Of a DNA stretch of 64,000 nucleotides, positions 1-15,207 are shown piece by piece (within the stretch, counting starts at the first letter, position 1; the number at the start of each line of letters is the position of its first letter). The notes beneath the pieces were generated by a model. It worked only from the letters and a program-made list of their open reading frames with translations, was not told the origin of the DNA and searched no databases. This stretch comes from Trichoplax adhaerens. Lineage: Eukaryota; Animalia; Placozoa. The position numbers and the translations under genes are program-made. The DNA is taken from positions 1,098,287 to 1,162,286 of the forward strand of contig NW_002060955.1 of assembly GCF_000150275.1 (NCBI RefSeq), in the 5' to 3' direction.

Positions 1-3000
1 ATCATACCAAGTACATGTTAAAGCTATACCATTTCTGTCTTAAAAATCTGATTTATTGAACTTTAAATATTACATTACTAATGCCAACTCGAATTAAAAA
101 GTACGCTTTTGATGTAAGAATTAAAATCGTTAAGACAGAATTCTGTACAAATTATTCTTTCTTAGTATTAAAATGTTGATTCGAATCGCGATGAATGGAT
201 CGTTATGATTACATTTATAATCGCGGTATAACAGATGTGCATTACATTTTGTAGACAAATTATATAGGAATAGTCAGGCATTCTTATCAATCGATAATAG
301 CACTCAACTATAATATTACTAAATTTTCTTAGCGTAGCCGTTACTATAATTATTCTTAACAAACCTTATTATCATTGAGATACAGGATAGACAAGTATTT
401 GTATCTCCGTAGGTCGCTCACTTCTTCTAGTTGCCTAGAATTTTTCCAATAAAATGCGCAAGTTATTAAATTAGTGCTATGAACTAAAATTCATATCATC
501 GAGATTGCATAGCTGTTATGGTAGTGATATGATTCTTGAAATTGTAGATTCCTTATTATAATGTTAAGCTGATACCAGAGGATATTTTTAATGGTTATAC
601 TGTATTTAATCGGCCTATTTTCCATTCAATTACTGATTACGATGTTACCTTTATAGTTTTAAGTTAGCGTCCTACCTATTACCCAGATGAATTTGCTGGA
701 CATCGACGTCTCTTGTCAGATTCATAGCCTTCATCTGCTCTCGGATAAGCTAATGGTGTCATAATTTCATATATTTAAAAGCTCATTAGATTTGATCTAG
801 GACTGAGCAACTACAAGATATTATCTTTATTCTTCAATATATTTACTGTCAATAGTATCAATATGTGCTTTAATTGACTAGGATTATTGTTTGAAGTGAG
901 ATATCGCTTTAACAATTTTTAATATCGAGACATTAGATGTATTGGCTATATTTATGAATTTATAGTGTGGCAAGTGTAAAATGATCATGATTTCTCTTCA
1001 AGGTAAGAACGATATCCGCAATAAAATTACTAAATTTAAAGTAATGCCTGTCAAAGCCGTTCTACTGGTACGTTGAGATTATACGGTGTCATCAATTGAA
1101 GATGATAGAAGATAAGTATACTTTCATGAGTACTATTAACCTATCTACAGATGGTAGGATTACTTTTAATTTCTATACCAGTGGAATAAATGATGGAAAT
1201 AAAGTTTACTTTTAAATTTGATGCATGCAACGGTGAATATTATATATTACAGTTCATGTTTATAGTAGCGAAGGGTATCATAAATTGCCATAAAATCAAA
1301 TGAAAAAGTATTGCTAGCCATTGACTGCCTTAAAAATTTGCCAAGGTATCCAGTTCATTATATTTGTGTATAGAGGATTTGAAATTAGAAAAAGTAGATA
1401 ATAAAACTTGAATGCCCTTATAATTGACAGAGAGATGAATTCTCACACAGTATGAAAGTAATTGGATTGGAAAAAACTAAGGAATTTGAGTTGCTTGTTT
1501 ACAATGTCCAATCTAACTATAGTAAATCTATATCGCCTAGTTATCACAATAAGTCTTAAGTCGTAGCTTGAAAGAAAATACAGATCCAGCCTTACCGATG
1601 TATCTGTAATAAGTCCTTGGCGAAATTTAGTTTCTTCCTTTTTTGCCATATTGGCATCGATATAATCCAGTTGGAATTAGGCTTATGTTACAAATGATAA
1701 GATTACATTCGATGATGGCCTACTAGGCTCTATAGAAGATTTGCCCTAACGCAATGAAAATTAATTAAACATCCAAATAATGAGGTTGATCAGGTTGCTA
1801 TGGAAACGATTTCATCAATCTTTACTGTAAGACTGATTACTGGATTTTATAGACAGTGAGCAATTAAGGGCAGTATAATAAATTCAATAGTATAGTTTTA
1901 GTTGCTATACTCGTATACATCAATACAATAACAGAAACGTATCATAATATAATGCTAATTAATAATAAAGTTTATTCCATGACACCATATTTCGGCAATG
2001 AGCACTTGTCGAACTGTTTTATTATTTAGATAATGTTTAATCACTATAGCCTAGATTCTACTCTCGATTTAGTGCAAAGAATGAAATACTTTGGAGCTGT
2101 TTTTATTATCTGATCCGAATTGTCACAGCCTCACGGGCAATCACACGGCGACAAGAGACTGCTATTAGATATTGTCGATTACTGATAGTGGTCGGTTAAC
2201 TGAGTAAGGTATTAGGATGATACGAATTGATGTGCTGTAATTATGAAGATCCTCAGCACCTGAACTCTATGGTATTGGACAATAATAGAAGGTTAATAAT
2301 ATCTCTTGAGCTAATAGATACGTACAGCATAAATACGAGTAGTAATAATTAATTATCTATTTGATGAGAAGTGCTTTATTTGATAATTCAAGCCCGATTA
2401 AGCACGACTTTACTGTCTTAAATAGATGGAAGTAAATGTAATTATGGAATGAACATACCGGGTTGGACTCTACTTTACTTCAAGCTCAGGATGTTCTATA
2501 TTATTTTCTTGTTATTAGCTAATTAATTATTTCGCTACTTTTCTAAAAACATTGCAATAATAGTCTGTTTCAAATTCTATCTCTTCTAAGACTATCAATT
2601 GTCAGAATTAGATTTTTAAGATTAGTTAGTATAGTCGAGATACTTCTATTACAGCATTTTTGCTGGTGATAAATATGTTTGCGTCAGTTACTGAAAGACA
2701 ACTGAAGAATTAACGACCATATATATATATGCAATTCAAATATTGATGGCAGCACAGTAACTTTTATTCTTACGAAATTGTCGGCTGAAGTTGCAGACAA
2801 ATGAGCTAACTACAGTAAGAGCTGAAGATAGGATCGTATAACAGTAAGCGTTACAATCGCAAATAAATTTCAGTAATAGTACTACCTAACATTCGCTGCG
2901 GAGAAATTTATTAATCCCTGTTACATTTAATATAGTTCTAGAAGCATTTTGGTACACATTGTAGATATATCGTGTAAAATTCATATCGCAGCGTAAATTT

Positions 3001-3230
3001 ACTTAAAATTCTGTTGTAAAAAATAAAATTAGTTATTGTATAGGTATGGTGTTGTTTTTTGCACATAGAGGGTTAGCACTCATATTACTGCTAGAATAAT
3101 CAGTACTTTTTTGCCAGAATCCAATATGGGACAGTAACATTACTAGTATATATTATTAAGATTTCATTATTGTTATATTGCCGTTGTCTATATGAAAATT
3201 GGATAAGTTTGCAGAAAAGGTGAACCATTT

Positions 3231-5834
3231 TTATTTTCTACCGAAGCATGAATTCATGAACGATGTTAATAAAGCTTTGATAGCCTGACGAAATCTCTGA
3301 TACATAACAAAGTAAATGATTGGGTTGATAGCTGATGAAATATCGGTTAGAGCCATCGTAATTAAACGGATATCTGGATGTCTTTCGCGACCACATAAAT
3401 CATCTAATTCAATAATTGTCAATGGAGTAAAACTGATCAAGAAGATTACCACCAAAGTAAATCCTACCTACGTAAATCCGATATTATTGAGAATTAACTT
3501 AAAAATAACAATCTTTGGATTATTCTTTGTCGTTTTAATAAACTGTACACATATACATGCAACAGCCCATATATCGTCATATACGTTTGTATTATTGCAT
3601 GCATTCCATAATCATTACTCATATTTTAGGATAAAAATTACAAAAACAACACTATATTTAGTAAAAATTTTTCTTATAATTGAACTTTTTTTTTAATATG
3701 CGTAAAATGCAATGCGCCACAAGATTGTAAGCTGTATTTATACTTCAAAACTTGCATACAAACGTAGGCAATATGTTTATATTTATATCCTATATGAACA
3801 AACAGCAAAATGCCATCATGGCAAGTATTCAGCATAACTAATCTGTTATTCGTTAAAAGGGTTGTAGAGACTGTAAAGTTCTACAAGCAACTGAAAAAGT
3901 TTAATAAAGGATAAAAGGCTGCCAAAATTTTACTCGTACATGATATCGACATTTTTAATAAATTTGTTATTCTCAATACTTATATGATTAGATATTATCT
4001 ATAATTGCATCGTGTAGCTGATTAATCGTAGAAGTAGTCATTTGGATTATAAAAAAAATGGCGAATATGAATCTGCTACTAGTAACCAGCGATTTATTAA
4101 TTTATTGTTGGATGCACCAACAGGGTATCGTCTCCGGAATGAAGACAGTAATTCAATTTTTGTATCTTGTGTTTATAGTTATTTTTGGCTTATTATGCGA
4201 TGTTATATCATTTTTTTTTTGTGAACTGGGATAGTTTTCGGATAAATTTTAAATAAATTTTTGTCGTCCTTAAATTTTACACACTTCTGTTTGAGGCTAT
4301 GAATTTTGTCTAATTTATCATATTTAGATATCTGATATTGCCATATCCGATATCACAATCAATAAATTGTATAATAGTTAGACATCTCATACAAATAATA
4401 AGTACACTGAATAATCTCCAGGAGCATAAATTGCCTAATAAGAATGTTAATTCTACCGCAACGTTTTAGTTATTACGTGATTGATATTATGTCTGTTAGA
4501 AGATCCTAGACTCAATAGACGTAAAAGATGTTAAATCGTTAATTAAATAACGAAAAGATGAAATTAAAGACATGTATTCTATTGTTGCATTTATCGATCA
4601 ATAAGAGATACAGTTTCATGTAACACTTTAATGGCTTTTACTGTCACTATCCCTCCTTGTAGTATACGAGTATTTAATTCGATATATTACCAATATTATT
4701 CATTATAATTTATTCAGTTAAGCTTAAATTTTATTACTTAATATCAGTTTTTAAATATAATTTTTAAGACAGTTTAATATTTTAGCTGTACAGTACTAAA
4801 AAGACTAACCTTGCGCATTTTCGATGTCATCTTGGCAAATTTATCGTTATCCTGTAGGTGTAATGATGCGGCACTACTTATATGTGTAGAAATTTTTCTA
4901 GTTACAAGGATAAATGATAAAATTGTAGTTACAGCGGCAATCCAGAAGTGAAAATTTTCCCAAATGATGCTTGCAATATCCAGTTTTCGGACAATAGCCA
5001 AGATAGTTTGATTGATTTTGTGATTTCTTACGTTAACCTAATAAAGTTTAAGATTAATACTGAAATAGATAAACATGACAGAATAAACTGTGGTCTATTA
5101 AAGTAGAACAATTACTGATTTCAATGCTTTTAATTTCTCTTTTCAGTCCATTTATTTGGACATGCACAAGAATTTTCTATGATACCATTCTACCTATGAT
5201 TATAGTAATTAAAAAGACCTCCTTGAATCTTGTTTATCGATAGTTCAAGGGCATCATTTTTATTATCTAAACTTACTATATGATAGCAAGGAAGATAGTG
5301 CGACGGATAATGCATCCTTGCAAGGCTAATGCTTTGAATTGACCAAGTACAGATCCATAAAGCAGCCAATATGAAGCGATTATTATTAAATCTTTTTTCG
5401 TGAGATCTAGCATAGTAATGAAGGCGTTTAATGAAATCTGCAGCCAACAGTCGTTCAAAAGCTAACATTGTAAAGCAAAAGCATACCACTGAAGTACAGC
5501 CGACGGTAGTAATTTTATAAATAATACACGGTATATAATGCTGATCTTCTTCGAGAAGTACATCGAGGATTAGCATTGGTACTGCTAGGGTGCAATTGAA
5601 GAGGCTGGCTAGTGCAACATGCCATAGTAGCTGGAAATGGATCTTGGCAAAATTAGGTTTTTTGGGCCTAATCTTAGGAAATAAGATCAGAACTATCATA
5701 TTGCCCACCAAGCCACATACGCTAATAACGGATAATGCTATAGCAGATATCAGTAAAGTTGATTTATTTAATTGTGTTGTATTCTGTACTGGTTCGATTG
5801 AGTTTTGATCATTAAATTGTTCTGTAGCCATCAT
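3231..5834 (-). CDS. Rhodopsin-class (class A) orphan GPCR, 3 exons: 5834-5277, 5037-4810, 3467-3231 (~340 aa)
   Basis: Three ORF fragments join in frame at phase-0 GT-AG introns: ...PCYHI|gtaagt, ttattag|VNVRNH...KMRK|gttagt, cgtag|VGFTLVV. Motifs: TM1 GLVGN, TM3 C...LAFERL (DRY variant), TM4 W, TM6 SFTP, TM7 NPIIY, helix-8 RFRQA. Confidence 0.88.
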
Positions 5835-7024
5835 CGTTCAATTTAATTAATATCTGGTGAATAAATGGCAACTGGAATAAATTTTTCCATGTAAAAACTT
5901 GGAAGATAACTTTTGAAATAGATGCAGAATATCTTTATTAGGCTATTCTGGTTGAATTTCTGACGTGTACACATTCGGTAGATAACTTGCTTATTAAAAT
6001 TTGATCGCTAATAATTGATTTTGATAGCCTGTCTATAATGCAAATATATATATATATATAGTTGAATCCTTTTCAAATTGAGAGCATTCAGTAAAATTGG
6101 TTTAAATTTGACGTCATACTTCAATGCTTATTCCTACATTAAGATCAATAAAATTGTTAAAGCAAAAATAAGATCGTGATATTAACAAAAAAATAGATGG
6201 CGATATAAATTACAGGTATTGTAACTAGTTAATTTAGATGATACTGTCTTATAGAGATTGTTAACCAGGTGCTAACGCAATCCAATGACACATTGTTATA
6301 ATTTTTAATTATTCATAAATACAGGAATAAACATTGGTAGCACAGCCCTATCAACCAATTGATCATGATCAATAATATAACATTTTCGTTGATTGTTATA
6401 ATTTTAGAAATGAAAACTAATGTAGATTAATGCCTTGAAATGAACTTACTGGTATAAATAAATTAGTAACTAAATTACCACAGCACCACTTATGCATGTT
6501 CAAAATATCCAGTAAACTGCTACCGTTAATGACCGAAAAATGCATATCCTCTTGATTTCTATAAATTAATGCTACTAAATGGACAAACCATCCATCAATC
6601 AGTCAAGTTTAATTATTTATTTCATGTTTTCTGTTACATAAGTTATAAATAATTTTATTTGATGGGAAACAGCGAGGCATTAAAAAACTAATCACTAAAC
6701 TGAATTCGTATTCGATTTATAAAACTTTAAATCATAAAATTATAGATTTCAAATTTATTCAATGGTAGCGCAACACAACTTTTTACGCTGAATAATTTGT
6801 TGCATTCCAATGTAATCTTTTTTTTCACTTTAAATTATATTTTATTTTTTGTGGTAAGTAGTGATGCCATTCACCATTTAGCTAAACTAGCTTCACTTTT
6901 TAGGTTTTCTTGATTGAACATTTTATTTTGCTATAAATTTTAGACTTCTTCATTTCTAGTACCTTTCACCACTCAATTTTAAAATAAAATATCGCTGCTA
7001 TGCGCCTATCAATATTCTTCATCA

Positions 7025-7680
7025 ATCTGATTGTTGTCTTAGATTAGCTTTGTAGCTATTGAATATCAGGCTGCTTCCTTAATTCAAATGTAATCGATCA
7101 GTAAGGACGAACTATAATCTATTTTTAACGTCTATTGTGTAAAAAAAATAGATTGAGCTGATTACATAAAATTATTAATAAAATATTCGTAAACGTTTAC
7201 ATGGGCAATCGTCCTTAGATACCGTATGGCATTACATATGAATACGACACTACTGATGGTTGCCTTAGATTAGCTATGGTATGTTTGATTAGCAGGCTAC
7301 TCCCTTGAATGAAGTACGACGGATAAGTATAAACAAACTGCAGGATAATCTATGTATAATGTCCATTATGTTCAAATTTTGATTGATGTGATTATATACA
7401 ATAATATATTAAATAGGCAATCGTTATTAGGTAACGATATGATGCGGCATTAGAAATGACCACAATACCACTGATTGCTGTCTTAGATATGGTATGTTGC
7501 GTTTGATTACCAGCCTGTTTCCTTAAACAAAATGTGATAGATCAGTATATACGAACTATGATCTATCATTAACGTCTGCTGTGTTAAAAAATTTGAATGA
7601 TGTGATTATATATAATTATTATACTAGCGATGGTCTATAGGTAGGTACGATATGATCAAGCAATGAACACAACATCAGTG
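7025..7680. repeat. Diverged tandem repeat, ~3 units of ~220 bp
   Basis: Recurrent blocks 'tcttagattagct' (~7037, ~7263, ~7481), 'gatcagta...acgaactat' (~7096, ~7321, ~7540) and 'tgatgtgattatata' (~7155, ~7384, ~7598). Boundaries approximate. Confidence 0.75.
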
Positions 7681-8076
7681 TCACGAATTTTTTAAATGCG
7701 GTTGAATTTTAATAATTAGGTAATAGGTGATTTTACGAACAAATAGTTCTCCTTTATATCAATTTATTAGTATATCTCTGTAATAATTTACCTTCAATGT
7801 TATTTTTTCCACGCATACAAGCTTATTAATGACTCTATTCAAGGGATTGTTGATCAGCAGTTAAATAGTACAATGGAATTGTGATTTTGCATTCTGGCGT
7901 ATTATATATCCTTGAATATCTCCACTTGAAAATTGAAGCTACTAAACTAAATAAAAAATATTTCTACTCTGCCATAGATACACTAACTCATGCGGATCGA
8001 TTCTCTTTTAACAATAGAAATTAACAAATACCGTAAGGCATTATCGTTTTGCCTAAAATCATGATCAATGCCCCTG

Positions 8077-8519
8077 TGTCACGGTACGAACTACCGTGAA
8101 GAAATAGATATCTAAATTTGGTTAATATAATATAGTGATATTATATTACAACTAGTTACTTACAATAGGAATTACTCTAATTATAAATGTGTTACAGCAA
8201 ATTTAATGCTGTTCTGTAATGTATATTGAAATGATTCTGTGAATGGACATATTGTAGTCCGACTGTGAAAAACTAGTTAGTAGATGTTCTCACTTAAGTA
8301 TTTTTATAAGATGACTTGTGAATGTTAGCTGCTGTAGAAGGGTATATAAGCCCGTCAGATAGTTGAATAAAGCAGTTCTCAATTGTCTAGTTGAGTTTAA
8401 CGTAGAATCAAAGGCGTCTAAATTCTTGTGAGGTAGTTAAGGGATACTGAATTCCGGAAGACTATAGTAATTTAGAGATTTGTTTTACGTTATCCTTGTC
8501 ACGAAGCTGGTTTGTGACA
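8077..8519 (+). mobile_element. Solo LTR (443 bp), TSD CCCTG
   Basis: TGTCAC...GTGACA termini; CCCTG at 8072-8076 and 8520-8524; TATATAAG at 8343, AATAAA at 8366; hairpins at both ends. Confidence 0.88.
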
Positions 8520-11500
8520 CCCTGTAATCCAGTTTCTGAGGCAATCTTGAATAATTTATACGTAAGTTACGATCAGAATATGTGACATGTATTGATATTT
8601 ATTATCATTGCAAGAACTAATTCTAAGATTTCAAAAGATATTGAAACTACAATAGTCATTTTATATCAAGGCCATCATTAGAATAGATGTTGATGAATTG
8701 AATAAAATATCCAATTCGTCTCAGTTAAGAATTTAAGATTATTTACCGACTTTTATTTCTTGTTACCAACAACAGTTTTTTATCCATTCATGACAAACTT
8801 AGCCACTAGGTAATAAATAATATTTATTAGCTCAAATTTGCATAAGGCATTAATGCAAATTCAATGTCTTCTCTATTTCTATGTTACGTACTATATTAAT
8901 TTGTGATTTTTTAAGGTACCATAACATTGAGAGTCGTTCAATATTACGGTAGTTCAAATAGCAAACCCTTCATATCGCTCCCAAGTGAAATACTTTACAG
9001 TCTATTTCTATTTCTATTGCTTCATCATTGTCTCTCAAATTACTAATAATTACTTGCCGTTTTATCATCATTTATTAGTGTGTGATATCCTATAGAAGTA
9101 AATTAGAAATCTATAGTGGACGAAATTTGTCTATAAATTCTAGTTTGAGTCCGTAGTCCCTAAATCTATTTGCAGCATTTTGCGGAATATGTGAAAATCT
9201 TGAAAATGTTATAAATAGAGAAGGTTCCATCAGGTTTAATTCCAGAAGGCGGTAACAAATTTGGATAATATACGATACATGTATTGATGCGCGACTAGAG
9301 CATTGTTAACATAAATGGCTTGCAGTTCAATGAACAGTAGTTTTCCATCTGAGTTACGACTTTTGTTTTATAAAATTGTTTTGAAAGACCAGGGAATTCA
9401 CCAAAGCTTGAATACGGTACTGAACTGAACTTTATTATAAATATCAACAATGTTGTAAGTAGATAAAAATAATATTAAGCAAACATCTCGCCTTATCAAT
9501 CAACGAGATATCTGATTTTATGGCCGACAGCATAAGAAAAGAACCCATTATGTTAGCGGTGTTATTTAAGCTCTAATCTCCAAGATTACGGTTTCAACGT
9601 GAAAATTCGTATCCACAATTAGCCATTAAGCAAGTTTATAGGCTCAGCGTATTATATTAATTACGAAATCTGTACTTTGTATCAAGCAGATTAGATTATG
9701 ATACTGTATATATGTAGGTTATTTACTCACGAAAGGTAATTGTATCGACTGATTCATTCATCCGTATGTAAAGCACCGAAAATATTTGCTTCATGATCAC
9801 TGCATTTGTCTACCTTAACTATGCAGGTGATGGCTTGTAACAATAAGATTGAAAGAAGGAAACCGATGTAATCACGCCAATTTTTCATCAATTGTAATAA
9901 ATTTTTCTACAAAAACATAGTGAAAGATTAAATTTTCCTCATAAATTCACTTTAAAAATGTTTTCATTATTATAAGCTGGAATGGTAATAGCCACCGATA
10001 TAAATTTTAGCGCATCATTCTTTATAATTTATGACATAATTGGTATTCGTTCCATTTTTAGCAATATCTACTTAGTGCTAAATGAACGATGCTACATCCT
10101 TTAGCTGGCATTCTCTTAATCTAACTACTACTGCTATGATTGACTTATCGTTAAGAAATATTTCCCATTCCGATAAGTATAAATAGCATGATCTGCATCT
10201 ACTATTAAATGCACACTCAGATCGGCATATCTAAAAAATATTACTCCATCCAATATTTTAATCACACAATTTCTTGACTATGAGTAATGCTATGATGAAA
10301 AACCATCAAGTTCATATTAAAATGAAATATTACATCATTTGAAATGCGTAGATGAAAATTTTAGAAGCAAATGTATTGGTCTATAACAATAGTCGAAGTA
10401 ATATTATAGATATATTGATAAAAAGGCTTTATTTCAGACTAAAGTTACAGTAATCATTGAACTGCTAGTCTGCAAACCAAGTTTATTTATGGTAGCCTAA
10501 TGGCGAATGATTGGTATCCGACAATATTACACTATGATAATATCGTTTTTCCAATAATTATCCTCATCTAGGGAAAATTTAGAGAGAAAACAATTAAATT
10601 TATTTTCAACTCTAAATCTATGATATATTATTGATTTACGCAATGCAATGTTGGCGCTTTATCTTAATATTAGGCCAAGACTTACTAGTGATTTATTACA
10701 TATCCGCAATATCCAGGTTGCCAACCTCTGTCGATATATAGGCCTTACATTTAAAGCAAGATTCATTGAATGCCTGAAGGAGATCTTTTTAATTGGTTCA
10801 TTCTAAACAATCTGTAAATATCACGGGCTATGGCATAGTCATTCTTGTTGCAGCTAAAAAAATGATTAATCTCTCGACAAAAAATATTCTGCGTAATAAT
10901 CTACTTATAAATATTATGGCTTTTAACAGATAAAAATAAATAATATAGACTTTAATTCTAAGAGAATAATTATGAGATTATTTAGCAAAAGTCTATCATC
11001 GTGGTATTGCATATTTTTGCAGATTATACGGTTAAGAAAGGGATGTTTCTCCTAAAAGTATTTTATAGATTCTAGCTCGAATGCTTATAATCTCAAAAAT
11101 ACTACTTGTGAGCTATCCACGTAATTGTAAAAATGATCCGCTATAACTCTATATTATTAAAGTTGAAAAGATAGATATGGCCTATTGAAAGAAAAATGAC
11201 TGATTAAAACGAAATATTATAATTGTAAATTTCATTTTATACCAGTAGCTATTGACGAAAATTAATAATTTCAAGAAATTAGTTTCTGTGACGATGAGGT
11301 AAATAGTTAATTGAGGTCTGATTATTTCTTAGTTCTGTTAATTGATAACCAACTTTCTTAATTATAAAGATTTTATTCGCAAACAGCTCTTGACTCTAAT
11401 CAGTAACTTAAGAAACGTTGACGTTTAATGATCGTAGGCCAGCAGGAAGTAACAATTTTTATCTGTTAATTAGCTTGTATTGATTTACTAGTGGAAATTT

Positions 11501-12574
11501 CGCTCGTGTTTATTCGCGTTGTGTACTTGTACTTTGCGTTATAATTCTCACTGTCATGTTTCACTTTGGTCAGTATTGAGATATAATTTGGTATTCCAGT
11601 AAATATTAGAGCTGGATGCTTCGCTGTTATTTGAGCGGGCGTGTATATTATCGTAATCATGCAAGTATTTATATACATTCTTTCCGGTATAAATTATAAT
11701 TCCTAAGCAGAATATCATCCTGATAGTAAACTAGATTGGTATATTTATTTATAGCGGTTAGCATGATAATAAGAAAATGTGTTACAGTTGATATTTTTAC
11801 ATTTTTAAGTTTAGATGATTATATTCTCGCTTAATAATATATATGCTTATATAAGCATTTGTTGAAATGGAAATTACATATTTCTTTTAGATGCCTATGG
11901 TGCAGGCCCAATTATAGCTAAGGGTTAAGATTGTAAGATTGCACATGGCGTGAATTACAGCAGAGTAGTTAAAACAGTTTAAATACTATTCGTTCTATTA
12001 GCATATTACAGTAAGATAAAGTGTTGCTATCCAAGCCCCATATATACGTAAAGCGGGCCAGGTGTGTATGCTAATAGGTTATGTTGAAATTAATAAAAAG
12101 GAATTCTTAAGACTGCAATTGGATTTCCCTATGTGCTCACTTATTTTCTAATTTTCCATCACAATAATGGAATATTTTTACTTGGATATTAGATTTTGTG
12201 ATTGTCATAAATGTCTTTTGTGGAAGATGATTACAACACTTATTGTAGCAATTCTATTAAGATGTTTACTTTGAGATTCCGAAATACAAATAGATTGCGC
12301 CATTTAGGTAAGTATTGTTAGATTTTTATTATGATGCTTTAATTAATTAGATTCATGAATGATAAATAGATGGCGTAGTAGTAAATTTAAATCTGATCTT
12401 TTTTGTTACATAATTGGCAAGATATGATTGAGTTACGAAAACAATATTCTGTGCCTAATTGAAAATGAGGGATTTTATTGTCGTAATTTCGAAAGTCTAC
12501 GGTAGTTGCAAAATGATCTTAGTTTATATAATAAAGTGAAGTTAGCAAGAAACTGTAGTTGTTACTTTATTATT

Positions 12575-13710
12575 TCGAAGACACTTTATAGCAATACACC
12601 AGTTCTACTAGTACACCAGTAAACAATACAAAGGGTTGAGTCAAAGTTTTTGACCTCTTTCAACTTCCGTATTGCTAGTTCTAGATTCATTTAATAGCTT
12701 ATAAACTAGGGCTGTAACATTTCAGGAAAACTGGAGTTGTATTAGAGACTTTCTACTATTCACAAATACAGAACATTAGACGCAATATTTTGAAAACTAA
12801 TTTTAAGTAGCACTTTAACAACACACTTTATTTTTTTATGTACGCAATGAAAATTTCAATTTTCTAGTGTACGTACGGTAGCACATTCGATTCAACTTTT
12901 AAACGCAACAAAGTTGTTTCTGGATTCAAGTTTTCATTCAAAAATGGGATTTCATCGGCCTTAGATGGGTTTAGCAAAGCACGGTACTTGGAAAAATCAA
13001 TTATTTGAGACACTATATTACAGTACCTGAGCTCGACTTGTGTAGAAGCAAAAATGCAAAAATTTGAGCATAATTTGAATTTTCTAATTTTCCCTTACGC
13101 TAATTCTGGAATCATTTTTACAGCTTACAAACTAGGGCTGCTATATTTCCGCTTGACTGGAATTGTTTCTGAGACCGCTTATAGCACATAAACTTGGAAT
13201 ATTAGACAAGCCAAATTTTGGAAACTAATTTTATTTTTATATATATATACACGTAATACTTTAACATCACACTTTATTTGTTTATGTACACGGTGAAAGT
13301 TCAATTAAACTTTTGAACCCGATAAAGCTGTGGCTGGATTCAATTTGATATTCAGATATACAATTTTGTTAACGGTGGATAGGTTCCTTGTTGCACAGTG
13401 CTCAGAAAAACCAATTTTTTTGAAGACACCTTATCATAGTACCAGCGCTCTTCTTATTTAATAGCAAACGATTCAAAGGTTTGGTCAAAATTTAAACTCT
13501 TTTGAGTTCACATGTTACTATTTCTAGAATTATTTTGTAGCTTACAAAGCAGGACTGCAATATTTCCGGAAAACTGAATATGTGTCTGAGACCGCCTACT
13601 ACAAGTAAACACGGAAGACTGGACACACAAAAGTTCTTGAAAATTAATTCTGCTTTTATACAATACTTTAACATCACACTTTATCTATTTATATACTCAG
13701 TGGAAGTTCC
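12575..13710. repeat. Diverged tandem repeat, ~2.7 units of ~420 bp
   Basis: 'agctta(t/c)aaactagggctg...ggaaaactgg...gagac' recurs at ~12697, ~13122, ~13539; 'actttaaca(a/t)cacacttta' at ~12812, ~13258, ~13665. Boundaries approximate. Confidence 0.8.
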
Positions 13711-14430
13711 CGATTTATCTAGTGTGGCTTCGATTTGCAAAATTAGCCTTTCTAAGAAAATCATTTCTTGAAACGCAAAGCCACTAAAAATAGTTACTAG
13801 TCTAGTGTGATAGAGAGTGAAATTTATTTATCCTTGGTTCAATTATTACGGTAAGCTCCTTCAACTACTCCATTTCTTTAATGTTTTTGAGTGCTTTAAT
13901 TTCTACCTTATAGGGTTACAATTTCGTGACATTCCTGCGTTTATTAAAAAGCAGGACGAGTTCGTCATCTCCAGAAATAAACTTTTTAGAAAGTTTTAAT
14001 TAGTCATTAAGTGTCAACGCATATACCTCAAACGTAATCTCAGCTTAATCTTATTTAGTTGATGTGAACAGCATTGCTACAAATATCCATTCTTTAAACT
14101 AAATATGTTTGGACAAACGGAAAAACTGACATATCACGCCGTACAATTAGATGAAAATAATCTCGCATGAACATTCTTCATTTTTTGCTATACCTAATAT
14201 AAGAACGCAAAGATTACATCAAGACTAACGATAGAAAATGACAGTCTAGTAATGATTTGTGAATTACTTATTATATTATTAATTAGTAATGTAATCATCT
14301 TAAAATAAGAATTTCTCTAAAACTATTTATCTTACAATATAGTAGGTAATTTTAATAATCTAATTCGTAATATTTTGAATGTAAACGTAAGTATTGTTAC
14401 TGAATATCCCATCAATTCTCTATAGGTAAT

Positions 14431-15018
14431 TGTCACGGTACGCCGTTACTAATTAAGTAACTGTAAATTAATGAATGCTTATGAATAGATAAGATAAGGT
14501 TATGTGCTATGTTTTAATGCGCTTGTAGCTGATAATAGGATGGTAGAAATGAGATAAAAATAGAAGTTGTTAGCAGTTAATTTACTGTAGGTTTATAAGG
14601 TATGTTAATCTCTAAAAATTGAGCTGTATATGGATGAAGATTAAGCGTCTTAACACCTGATAGCTTGTAGTTATCTAAGTCTGAGAATATCGACATGTAT
14701 ATTTAGTAATGGTATTATACTAATTAATGTAACTTGTAAAGCATGAATTCTCACTCGTTAATATTGGAATTCACTGTAGAAACCTATTTAAGCGCGTGTG
14801 TTTGTAGAATAAAGAAAGTAATTGCTCAAGAAACGGTAAGACTCATATCGTGAAGAATAGTGTAATAATTAGTCAGTTGTCTGTGGAGATCAGCCGAGAA
14901 ATCGAGTTCTCAAATACTTCTCTTATAGAAACTGAAAGTACTGGGAGAAATAGCCCAAGTTTTAAGTAACTACACTAGAGTTCTTTACTTTCCTTTGCCA
15001 CAAGTGAGTGTTGTGACA
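14431..15018 (+). mobile_element. Solo LTR (588 bp), TSD GTAAT
   Basis: TGTCAC...GTGACA termini; GTAAT at 14426-14430 and 15019-15023; TATTTAA at 14785, AATAAA at 14808; first 12 nt (TGTCACGGTACG) identical to the 8077 element. Confidence 0.88.
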
Positions 15019-15207
15019 GTAATATATGATTTACTGTAAACTTTTGTAATTGCTACTTTCCTGGTAAATAAAATTTAGAAGCTTTAACAAAGTAGCGCTG
15101 TCATAATATATTAATTAAAAAGAATGATCAACCTAAAAACTTTAAATTTATTGAAAATTTAGCTCAATTCTTAGTTTGTTATCAAAGTATAAGAGCAGTA
15201 ATTTCCA

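Noticed and set aside
3316-3696. 126-aa plus-strand ORF, and similar ORFs at 5590, 5276, 20515, 38642
   Set aside because: Antisense or alternative-frame shadows of real GPCR exons.
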